Shown here: in pieces, positions 9,678 through 18,085 of the stretch
Layout of the letters: each line of letters begins with the position of its first letter
Position numbering within the stretch: position 1 is the first letter of the stretch
NCBI GenBank assembly: GCA_012839865.1
Contig: DUMO01000072.1
Span: forward strand, 1-64,000
Length of the DNA: 64,000 nucleotides
Origin: Clostridiaceae bacterium
GTDB taxonomy: Bacteria > Bacillota > Clostridia > CAYPLH01 > DUMO01
Direction: 5' to 3'
Notes under the pieces: model-generated
The model's database searches: none
What the model saw: only the letters and a program-made list of their open reading frames with translations
Told to the model about the DNA's origin: nothing
Program-made: the position numbers and the translations under genes

Positions 9678-10976
9678 TCAGCGTATAAGCGCACCGACAG
9701 CATTTATCAAAAGAGGACAGCATTCCTTAAAATCAGTTTTTTTGCCTTTGTAGACTATGTTGAAAGGACCATTTACATTTTTGAAGGTCAGGTAGCTTGT
9801 TTCAATGCCATAGTACTGCTCAATATATTTTTCGAGACCCTTTAATTTGCTGCCACCGCCATAAAGCAGTATTTTGCTTATTTTATTGCCGCCGGATCTT
9901 GTATTGTAGAAGTCGAAAAATCTTTGCAAATCTGCAAGGATGCTGTTGATTGCTGGTGCCAGAATTGGTTGCATGTCAGGATTTTCAAGGTCGATATCCG
10001 TTGCTTCTATTGTATTTTCCGAATCTTTAATGTAAGTACTTTTAGTGGCTGCTGCTTCACTGTGGGACATTGGGTAATCCGGGAAAAGGTTTGAATCGTC
10101 AGACTCAGTTTCTTCCTTTTCCGCTTCAGGGGATTGGGTATTCAATTTTTTGCCGGTCAAGTCTTTATCTGAAGACGGCTCTGTTTTCTGATATATTTCC
10201 CCTGCAGTTGAAACAGGACCGGTGTAATCCGCCAGATTGAACATGCTGCTTCCTTTGCTCTGCCCTGCGTTTTTCAGGTAGTTAGCCAGGTCTTCAAAAC
10301 CATTTAAAAGGTTTCGTTGAAATTTAAGAATACCTTTGCTGAACACGCTAACTCCTATGGTTTCGTATCCTATATCCAAAACAGCAATGCCCGGGTCTGA
10401 TTTTTCAGCCGGGTTTTGATCTTGTGAAGAATTGTCATTCAGAAAACTTTCAGGATATAAAAATCTGTTCAGGCAGTTGGCACTGATATCTATAGTTGTT
10501 ATTTCTTTTTTTAAGGAATCAGCCAATTTGACATATTCATCAACCTGCCTTTGAGGAACCGCAATTAATTGCACCTTGACGAAAACCCCATCGGGGGTAG
10601 TAGATTTTTCCAGGGGCCTGTAATCCATAATATAGCTGTCAAGATCAACGGGAAAATATTGCTGAGCTTCAAACTGCAATATTTTCGCCAGCTCTTCATC
10701 AGAAGAATCTGGGATTTGTACTTCCCTGGTGATGATGGCTGTACCGGTAATAATGAAAAGAAGGTGCCGGCCTTTAATATTATTCTCTTTAAAAGCTGAT
10801 TTAAGCACCTCATTCAGGACCTGGAAATCCAAAATTTTGCCGTCCATTATGGAATTCCGGGGTGTGTCGATTATGGCATATTCTATTATTTCCAGAGTGT
10901 TTTTCCTAACACCGCCGTAAACAATTTTTGTTTTTTTGGAACCAATGTCGATTGATATAAATTTTCTAAATAACAT
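9678..10976 (-). CDS. pilM: Type IV pilus assembly protein PilM (actin/FtsA-like)
   Basis: ISIDIGSKKTK, LQFEAQQYFP, LDIGYETI and LLYGGGSKLKGL motifs; contains an acidic low-complexity insertion. Confidence 0.9.
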   Translation of the reverse strand: MLFRKFISIDIGSKKTKIVYGGVRKNTLEIIEYAIIDTPRNSIMDGKILDFQVLNEVLKSAFKENNIKGRHLLFIITGTAIITREVQIPDSSDEELAKILQFEAQQYFPVDLDSYIMDYRPLEKSTTPDGVFVKVQLIAVPQRQVDEYVKLADSLKKEITTIDISANCLNRFLYPESFLNDNSSQDQNPAEKSDPGIAVLDIGYETIGVSVFSKGILKFQRNLLNGFEDLANYLKNAGQSKGSSMFNLADYTGPVSTAGEIYQKTEPSSDKDLTGKKLNTQSPEAEKEETESDDSNLFPDYPMSHSEAAATKSTYIKDSENTIEATDIDLENPDMQPILAPAINSILADLQRFFDFYNTRSGGNKISKILLYGGGSKLKGLEKYIEQYYGIETSYLTFKNVNGPFNIVYKGKKTDFKECCPLLINAVGALIR

Positions 10977-11138
10977 TAGTATTCTCCAATACTATTACTA
11001 TAATAATGCAAAAAATAATTATATTAATGATTTTAAAAATATAAAAATTTACGCTTAAAATCTATAAACAGCATGCTTAAAACTAATAAACATGCTATAT
11101 TAATCCAAGAAAACTAATGAGGGCAACGAATATAATGT

Positions 11139-11184
11139 CCCTGCAGGATACTTGAATGAAAAGTAATCCAAATTTCCTGCAGGG
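11139..11184 (-). other. Stem-loop downstream of pilA
   Basis: CCCTGCAGGA...TCCTGCAGGG inverted repeat with inner TACTT/AAGTA pairing; no U tract on the minus side. Confidence 0.55.
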
Positions 11185-11316
11185 TTGTTTATTGGCATTA
11201 TATTCTGTGAGCAAAACGGTATACGATTTATAATATAGCTAATAAAAATACGGAGTTTGCTTGTGTTTCAAAGCGCTACTTTTGAAGAGTGTCCAAAGAT
11301 AAACTTTTTTTATGAT

Positions 11317-11715
11317 TTAATTTCCTTGATTTTCCTTAATTTCCACCCATTCAGTAGCGTCATCGTCAGGGACAGTATTTGCACATTTAACCTGTGCAGT
11401 CTCTACATTCACATAGAACGTATAATCTTCGCCCTGCTGAGGTACAGGTAGCTCGCCAATTGAACTGGTAACTAATTCATATGCTCTTTCACCTGTAATT
11501 TGCACAAGTTCTCCCTTTGCAATTGCAATTCTTATAATGTTCTCGATAGTTCTGGCATTTGCGGCATCAGCATTTTTCCTGGCTGTACTAATTTGGCCGA
11601 TTACCAACGGTGTTGCAACGGCGGCAAGCACGCCCAGTATTGCAACAACTACGATTAACTCTGTAAGGGTATAACCCTTTTTGCTCTTGTTTGATTTTTT
11701 TAGACGCATTAGCAT
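11317..11715 (-). CDS. pilA: Probable major type IV pilin
   Basis: 132 aa, basic leader KKSNKSKKG-YTLTELIVVVAILGVLAAVATP, Glu5, C-terminal Cys; follows pilC. Confidence 0.8.
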   Translation of the reverse strand: MLMRLKKSNKSKKGYTLTELIVVVAILGVLAAVATPLVIGQISTARKNADAANARTIENIIRIAIAKGELVQITGERAYELVTSSIGELPVPQQGEDYTFYVNVETAQVKCANTVPDDDATEWVEIKENQGN

Positions 11716-11776
11716 TCTAAAACCCCCTTATATGATAGAATAGTATTTTATTTAAACAGGTTACTTAAAACCTTGC

Positions 11777-12991
11777 TTATCTAATATTTTGATACATGCT
11801 GAATATTGGCATAATCATTGCTACAACCATGGAACCGATAAGTACTGCCAATACAAGCATCATTACTGGCTCAATTATTGAAATCAGCCGGCCTATGGAA
11901 TACTCGACCTCATCATCGTAAAAATCTGCAACCTTTGCCATGATGGAATCCAGGGAACCTGCTTCTTCCCCTATATGCACCATCTGTGTCACCATTGGAG
12001 GAAATAATTCAATAAGCCCAAGAGGTCCTGCAAGGTTTGAACCTCTTTTTACTTCCTCCATTACCTTTTCAAGGCCTATGCTAACAATCTGGTTGTCTAC
12101 AACTTTATCAGTAACCTCCAGTGCCTGGATAAGAGGTACCCCTGTCTTCAATAGGGAACTCAAGGTCCTCGTGAACCGTGAAGCAAGTATCTTTTTAATG
12201 TTTACTCCAACCAGCGGAAGCCTGACTAATATGGTATCAATAATCAGCTTGCCCTTTTTTGTTTGCTTGAATTTCTTAAACAGAAATGTCAGGGCAATTA
12301 TTGCGACTGGAGCTCCCAGTAAAAAATATACACTTTTTACTATTTCACTGATTTTAATCAGTATTTTAGTCGGTGTTGGAAGCTCTGAACCAAAACTTGC
12401 AAACATGCTGACAAAGTTCGGGACAATGAACGTGAGCATTCCAACCACCATAAACAGGGCTATAATCCCGATAACGGCAGGGTAAGTCATGGCAGTCTTG
12501 ATTTTTTGCCTGGTCCTGTTTTCTTTTTCAAAGTGTGAAGCAAGCCTCTCAAGGGAATAATCCAGTGAGCCGCTGACTTCACCTACCCTGATAAGGCTTG
12601 TCATTATAACAGGGAAAACATTGGAATACAGCTCCATCGCTTCAGACAATGACCTGCCCTTTTGGACTTCGTCGTATATTTTTGCCAGTACACCTGCGAG
12701 TCTCTTGTTTTCTGTCTGCTTTCTGAGAAGGTCCAGGCATCCTAACACTGAAAGACCTGCGTCCACCATTGTATAAAACTGCCTGCAAAGTATGGCAAGA
12801 TCCTTTATCGTTACTTTCTTTATGGACTCGATCCTGACTTCCTTTTGTGCCAGGGCAATCTCTTCTATCTCTATCGGATAGTAGTTTTTGCTCCTTAACA
12901 AAGCAATTACCATGTTTTTGTCGGATGCATCGAACCGCCCCTTTACCACCTCGCCTTTAACTGTTTTTGCGCTGTAATTGTATGACGGCAA
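11777..12991 (-). CDS. pilC: Type IV pilus platform protein PilC (T2SS GspF family)
   Basis: RQFYTMVDAGL, GEVSGSL, KIKTAMTYP and GEEAGSLD motifs; start moved to TTG 12991 (RBS GGAAGGTG). Confidence 0.93.
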   Translation of the reverse strand: MPSYNYSAKTVKGEVVKGRFDASDKNMVIALLRSKNYYPIEIEEIALAQKEVRIESIKKVTIKDLAILCRQFYTMVDAGLSVLGCLDLLRKQTENKRLAGVLAKIYDEVQKGRSLSEAMELYSNVFPVIMTSLIRVGEVSGSLDYSLERLASHFEKENRTRQKIKTAMTYPAVIGIIALFMVVGMLTFIVPNFVSMFASFGSELPTPTKILIKISEIVKSVYFLLGAPVAIIALTFLFKKFKQTKKGKLIIDTILVRLPLVGVNIKKILASRFTRTLSSLLKTGVPLIQALEVTDKVVDNQIVSIGLEKVMEEVKRGSNLAGPLGLIELFPPMVTQMVHIGEEAGSLDSIMAKVADFYDDEVEYSIGRLISIIEPVMMLVLAVLIGSMVVAMIMPIFSMYQNIR

Positions 12992-13257
12992 ACAGTTCAC
13001 CTTCCTGTAGCATGTATACCACACTATTTTCCATATAATCAATTCTACAAAAATAATTTTACATCATTCAGCAAAAAAAGTCACATTACAAGTTTGTTAC
13101 TCGATAAATTACAATACTTTTCATAATAATAACATTTTCACGATAAAAATACAATAGTAAGAAATGAGTTTTTTAGCTTAACATATGTACATTTATTTAA
13201 TAATAAATACTTCCTTAGCGTGAGTGAGTGAATCAAGCCATGATAACAAAAGACCTG

Positions 13258-14328
13258 CTATTTGATCAGCTTGTCGATAGTATCCTGCTCTAATGAATAA
13301 ATCTTGGCATCTTCATAACTGATTAAGCCCCGGTTGCACAAATCGGCAAGGGAACTGTCCATGGTTTGCATGCCAAATTTCGCGCCTGTCTGTATAAGGG
13401 AGGTTATCTGATGGGTTTTGCCCTCCCGTATCAGATTTCTTATTGCTGGGGTGCAAACCATTACTTCAACAGCAGGTATTCGTCCCGGCCTGTCCTTAAG
13501 CTTGATAAGCTGCTGGGATACAACCCCCTGGAGCACCATGGATAATTGAACCTTGATTTGCTGCTGCTGATAGGGTGGAAATACATCGATTATTCTGTCT
13601 ATGGTGTTTGCGGCACCAATGGTGTGCAAGGTGGACAAAACCAGATGGCCGGTTTCGGCTGCTGTAATGGCAGTGGCTATGGTTTCAATATCCCGCATCT
13701 CGCCTACAAGAATAACATCCGGGTCTTCCCGCAAAGCTGCCTTTAGGGCAGTGGCGAAAGAACGGGTATCATTTCCTATTTCTCTTTGGTTGATTATGCA
13801 GTTGCGATGTTTGTGGAGAAATTCTATAGGGTCTTCCAAGGTTAATATATGTGCATTGCGCTCATCATTCATCTGGTCGATCATGGCCGCAAGGGTCGTA
13901 GACTTGCCGCTTCCTGTAGGGCCGGTAACAAGAATGAGACCCTTTGGCTTTCTTGCCAGTTGGCATACTATTTCGGGCAGCCCCAGGTTTTTTAAAGAAG
14001 GTATGCTCTGTGTAACCATTCTGATAGCAATGCTGTTGGTGCCTCTTTGTTTGAAAACATTAAGACGGAACCTGCCAATACCCTGAAGGGAGGTTGAAAA
14101 GTCTATTTCCCCGTGCCTTTTATATACCGTCATCTGCTCGCTGGTAAGAAGCCTGTTGACCAATTCTTCAGTATCGGCGGGAAGTACTTTTTTATTGTCT
14201 GTTTTGATAAGTTTGCCGTCTTTTCGTATAATCGGTGGGACGCCTACTGTTATGTGCAGGTCCGAGGCTCCTTCATTCATGGTGTAAATAAGCAATTCTT
14301 CCAGATTCATTGCTTTATCCTTTCTCAC
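13258..14328 (-). CDS. pilT: Type IV pilus retraction ATPase PilT
   Basis: GASDLHITVG, Walker A GPTGSGKST, LREDPDVILVGEMRD and the AIRNLIRE signature. Confidence 0.95.
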   Translation of the reverse strand: MRKDKAMNLEELLIYTMNEGASDLHITVGVPPIIRKDGKLIKTDNKKVLPADTEELVNRLLTSEQMTVYKRHGEIDFSTSLQGIGRFRLNVFKQRGTNSIAIRMVTQSIPSLKNLGLPEIVCQLARKPKGLILVTGPTGSGKSTTLAAMIDQMNDERNAHILTLEDPIEFLHKHRNCIINQREIGNDTRSFATALKAALREDPDVILVGEMRDIETIATAITAAETGHLVLSTLHTIGAANTIDRIIDVFPPYQQQQIKVQLSMVLQGVVSQQLIKLKDRPGRIPAVEVMVCTPAIRNLIREGKTHQITSLIQTGAKFGMQTMDSSLADLCNRGLISYEDAKIYSLEQDTIDKLIK

Positions 14329-16019
14329 TCATTTGAGTAGGCAATCCTGAGCATTTCCTCCAGGCTGGTTACACCTGAAAGGACCAACTTTGTGACGTTT
14401 TCCTTCAATGTAGTCATGCCGTTTTCAATACACAAGGCCATGAGCTCGTCGGTTGAGCAGCCTTTATTTATTAGTTCTCTGTGTTTTGAAGTAATTGTCA
14501 TAATCTCGTAGACACCAACTCGCCCTTTATAGCCTGTCCCGTTGCAGACCGGACAGCCTTTGCCATAATAAATTTCAGCATGATCGTACTCCGAACCCAG
14601 GGCTTTAAGCTGTTCCGGAGTTGCAGCCTTTTTATATTTGCATTCATTGCAGATTACTCTTACCAACCTTTGCGAAATAACTCCCGTAATGGCAGAGGCA
14701 ACCATAAAGGGTTCAATGCCCATATCAATCAAACGTATAACAGAACTGGGGGCATCATTGGTATGAAGGGTGCTGAGGACAAGGTGGCCTGTTATGGCAG
14801 CCTTTACAGCAATCTCGGCAGTCTCCGAGTCCCTTATTTCACCAAGCATTATAACATCCGGGTCCTGTCTTAGAATTGACCTTAAACCCAAAGCGAAGGT
14901 CAAACCGGTTTTATAATTCACCTGTACCTGGTTGACTCCTTCTATTAAGGCTTCCACCGGGTCTTCAATGGTGATTATGTTGACATTTGGCTTGTTCAGT
15001 TCGTTAATTGCACTGTATAAAGTTACGGTTTTACCGCTTCCGGTAGGTCCGGTTACGAGTATGATTCCGTGAGGATTTTTAAGCATGTCGGAAAAACTCT
15101 TTTGATCCTTTTCATTCATGCCAAGCTTGCTTTTGGAGACTATGAAAGATGCAGGGTCTGCAATTCTGATAACTATTTTTTCTCCAAATACGGTAGGCAG
15201 GATTGACACCCTGAGGTCAAAAGCCCGGTTGTCAACCTCGGCATTGAACCTTCCGTCCTGGGGAAGCCTTTTCTCTGCTATGTTCATACCGCCGATAATT
15301 TTGATGCGGGCTGATATGGCCGGCATGATACCTATTTCGGGACGCATGACTTCGTATAGTTGTCCATCTATCCTGAATCTGATTATTATATGATTTTCAA
15401 AAGGCTCGATATGAATATCACTGGCCCTGCTTCTAACCGCCTGTTCAATTATTGAGTTTACCAGCTTAACCGCCGGGGCGTTGCTGACCTCGTCAAAGGA
15501 TTGCTCCTCTTCGGCTCTGGCATATATCTTGATTGAGGATTCCTGCTCCTTTTTGAATTCCTCTACGGCATCCAGGGCTTTCTTGGTTCCGAAAAATTTG
15601 TCGATGGCTTTGTTTACTTCCTTTACGGTTGCAATTAACGGCTGGACTTCCATGCCGGTGTATATTTTAACATCATCAATGGCATATACATTGAGGGGAT
15701 CGCTCATGGCAACGGTCAGCATGCCTTTTTCTTTTCTTATGGGGATTAATCCGTAACGCCTTGCAAGGTTTTCTGAAACAAGAAGTGCTGCATCCTTGTC
15801 TATATTGATTTTCTCCAGCTTTACATGGGGGATGCCCAGTTGAAATTCCAACAGCTCTATTATATCCTGCTCGGTGGCATAGCCTAAGGAAACCAAAACC
15901 TCACCAAACTTCATTCCTGTCTGGTTCTGGGTTTCCAGCGCTTTTAGAAGCTGCTCCTTTGTTATCATGTTGTTATCCAGCAGCAGGTCTCCCAATCTTT
16001 TGTGTGTTTGCCGTTGCAT
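14325..16019 (-). CDS. pilB: Type IV pilus extension ATPase PilB (GspE family)
   Basis: N-terminal RLGDLLL (MshEN-like), ASDIHIEP, GPTGSGKT, LRQDPDVIMLGEIRD, HLVLSTLH and tetra-Cys Zn motif CNEC...CPVC. Confidence 0.95.
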   Translation of the reverse strand: MQRQTHKRLGDLLLDNNMITKEQLLKALETQNQTGMKFGEVLVSLGYATEQDIIELLEFQLGIPHVKLEKINIDKDAALLVSENLARRYGLIPIRKEKGMLTVAMSDPLNVYAIDDVKIYTGMEVQPLIATVKEVNKAIDKFFGTKKALDAVEEFKKEQESSIKIYARAEEEQSFDEVSNAPAVKLVNSIIEQAVRSRASDIHIEPFENHIIIRFRIDGQLYEVMRPEIGIMPAISARIKIIGGMNIAEKRLPQDGRFNAEVDNRAFDLRVSILPTVFGEKIVIRIADPASFIVSKSKLGMNEKDQKSFSDMLKNPHGIILVTGPTGSGKTVTLYSAINELNKPNVNIITIEDPVEALIEGVNQVQVNYKTGLTFALGLRSILRQDPDVIMLGEIRDSETAEIAVKAAITGHLVLSTLHTNDAPSSVIRLIDMGIEPFMVASAITGVISQRLVRVICNECKYKKAATPEQLKALGSEYDHAEIYYGKGCPVCNGTGYKGRVGVYEIMTITSKHRELINKGCSTDELMALCIENGMTTLKENVTKLVLSGVTSLEEMLRIAYSNE

Positions 16020-16105
16020 TATATTCTCCCCCGATTATAATTACGCGAAAAAAGAGATAAGTTGTGTTTATATGTAAAAATCTTTCTTATTTTGCGCCTA
16101 AACTA

Positions 16106-16134
16106 ATTATACTATTGAGTTTTGCGTCAGGCAA
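16106..16134 (-). promoter_or_regulatory. SigA-type promoter of the pil operon
   Basis: On the minus strand TTGCCT-17 nt-TATAAT, about 85 nt upstream of pilB. Confidence 0.65.
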
Positions 16135-16470
16135 CAATATAAATGGAACGGATTGAGCATCAGACTTTTTTTGCAAAATACAGCCGGAAAATGTGCCAAG
16201 TTGCAAAAAGGCAGCTATAAGCCTGTATTGGATGCAATGGAAAAAGAGGAGACTTGTATTGGATTTGATAGTTCATGAAAAAAAGGCAGCGGTGTCAGGA
16301 CAATGACATAAACTGAATAAAACAATTTATGTGGTCCAATTATTTGTTTTACATAATTCTTTTAAACGATTATAATTGTTATGTAAATTTATCATTTACC
16401 GTTAATTTTTCCTTAGGATAAACTGCATTTTCATCTGCAAATACTATGTCTGTAAGATAGGAGCAATCAC

Positions 16471-17823
16471 ATGAAAACACTGGCGTCAAAATGTCTGATT
16501 TTACTAATACTAATTGCGTTGTTAACAGCCATGATTATAAATGGCTGTACAGATATAAGGAATCTGGACAAATCTCAGAAAGGTACGGAGAATGGTCAAA
16601 TTGCAGATGGAAACAATAATGCTTCCCCCGATAGCTCTCCAACACCGTCTCAATTGCCTGCGGATTCGATAGATCTCAATGAGCAAAACAATGGGGAAGG
16701 CAGTCAGCCTGGAGAGAATGGGGAGCCGGTAGAAACCCGTGAACCTGATGGAAGTGAGCCGGGAGGAACTGAACCGGGCGAAAACGGTGAATCCGGAGAA
16801 ACCGGGAACGAAGGCAAAAAGCCTGAACTTGTAAAGGTTAAGGCCTTGTACCTTACAGGCTGGGTTGCCGGTACAAGTTCGTTGCTTGAACATTATGTCG
16901 AATTGGCCAAAACAACCGAAATAAATGCTTATGTAATTGACATAAAGGATGATGACGGTTTTGTCGGGTACAAGTCGGAAATTCCTGATGTCAATGAAAT
17001 TGGCGGGTGGATGTATAAATACGATGCCGACAAGACATTGAAGACACTGAAGGAGAATGGTATTCGTGTAATTGGAAGGCTTGTTTGTTTCAGGGATCCC
17101 GTACTGTCTTCCAAAAAGCCTGAACTTGCCGTAAAAACGCTGGAGGGTGAGCTCTGGAAGGATTACCAGAAACGCACCTGGCTGGACCCGTATAACAAAG
17201 AATCCTGGGACTATTTGATCAAGATTGCGAAAGAAGCCGTGGAAAAAGGCTTTGACGAAATACAGTTTGACTATGTCCGGTTTCCCAGTGACGGAGACAG
17301 GAAGAGCATGGTATTCAACGAAAACGGCCAAAAGAAATATGAGATAATAAATGAGTTTCTTGCCTATGCAAGGGAGCAAATGCCAAATGTGATCCTTTCC
17401 GCCGATATTTTCGGGATTGTATGCGAAAGCCCGGAAGATACCGAAGATATAGGGCAGTATCTTGAGTATATCGGCGAGAACATCGATTATATATCACCTA
17501 TGCTGTATCCCTCCCACTATGCCTTAGGCCAGGTTGTAAACGGAATCAGGTTTGCCATTCCCGATCATGAGCCTTACGGTGTGGTTTACAATACTCTGGT
17601 AAAGGCTCTGGGCAGAATATCAAAGGTGGAAGGCTACAATGTAAAGATTAGGCCTTATCTTCAGGATTTCACCGCATCATGGCTTGGACAGGGCTATTAC
17701 AAGAAGTATGGGGAAGAGGAAGTAAGGCAGCAAATTAAAGCTGTTGAGGATGCAGGCCTTGACGAGTGGATATTGTGGGATGCGGAAAATACCTACACCG
17801 AGAAGGCATTAAAGGAAGAATAA
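16471..17823 (+). CDS. Lipoprotein with putative glycoside hydrolase domain (DUF4015-like TIM barrel)
   Basis: Lipobox-like IINGC, Pro/Glu/Gly-rich linker, then VKALYLT, YVIDIKDD, GFDEIQFDYVRFP, YISPMLYPSHY and RPYLQDF motifs. Confidence 0.75.
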   Translation: MKTLASKCLILLILIALLTAMIINGCTDIRNLDKSQKGTENGQIADGNNNASPDSSPTPSQLPADSIDLNEQNNGEGSQPGENGEPVETREPDGSEPGGTEPGENGESGETGNEGKKPELVKVKALYLTGWVAGTSSLLEHYVELAKTTEINAYVIDIKDDDGFVGYKSEIPDVNEIGGWMYKYDADKTLKTLKENGIRVIGRLVCFRDPVLSSKKPELAVKTLEGELWKDYQKRTWLDPYNKESWDYLIKIAKEAVEKGFDEIQFDYVRFPSDGDRKSMVFNENGQKKYEIINEFLAYAREQMPNVILSADIFGIVCESPEDTEDIGQYLEYIGENIDYISPMLYPSHYALGQVVNGIRFAIPDHEPYGVVYNTLVKALGRISKVEGYNVKIRPYLQDFTASWLGQGYYKKYGEEEVRQQIKAVEDAGLDEWILWDAENTYTEKALKEE

Positions 17824-17927
17824 GGGCAGGTACCCCTGGTTACCGTCTCTTTGGTTCGCTTTTGCAACCGTGAAAATTGTTGTTTAATGAATTTTTTTGT
17901 TGTATATTGACTAAACAGGCAAAAATG

Positions 17928-17974
17928 ATACAATATACTGTATAGGAAATTTTTTTATCCACAAAATATTGAAT
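17928..17974 (+). promoter_or_regulatory. Tandem NrdR boxes overlapping the nrdJ promoter
   Basis: ATACAATATACTGTAT (17928-17943) and CCACAAAATATTGAAT (17959-17974) fit acaCwAtATaTwGtgt, 31 bp apart; box 1 covers the TGnTACAAT -10, with -35 TTGACT at 17907. Confidence 0.8.
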
Positions 17975-18085
17975 CAAATAAATATTCACATCAGAATGAA
18001 GGTATGAGGTATGAGGCTGCCGGGTATTTTTTGAGAGCTGCCTTTTTTATGCTTTTCCCCGTACCTGATACAGGAGGTTTGTTTA

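Noticed and set aside
16100..16135. c-di-GMP-I riboswitch upstream of pilB (GACGCAAAA)
   Set aside because: Only the short GACGCAAA word matches; it lies in the promoter spacer and the GNRA tetraloop/receptor stems are absent.
16522..17379. 285-aa minus-strand ORF
   Set aside because: Antisense shadow of the glycoside hydrolase-like lipoprotein; no motifs. The same applies to other shadows such as 18217-18999, 22771-23643, 24355-25170 and 45707-46375.
17990..18085. Cobalamin riboswitch before nrdJ
   Set aside because: Leader is too short and lacks the B12-box motifs; NrdR boxes explain the regulation.
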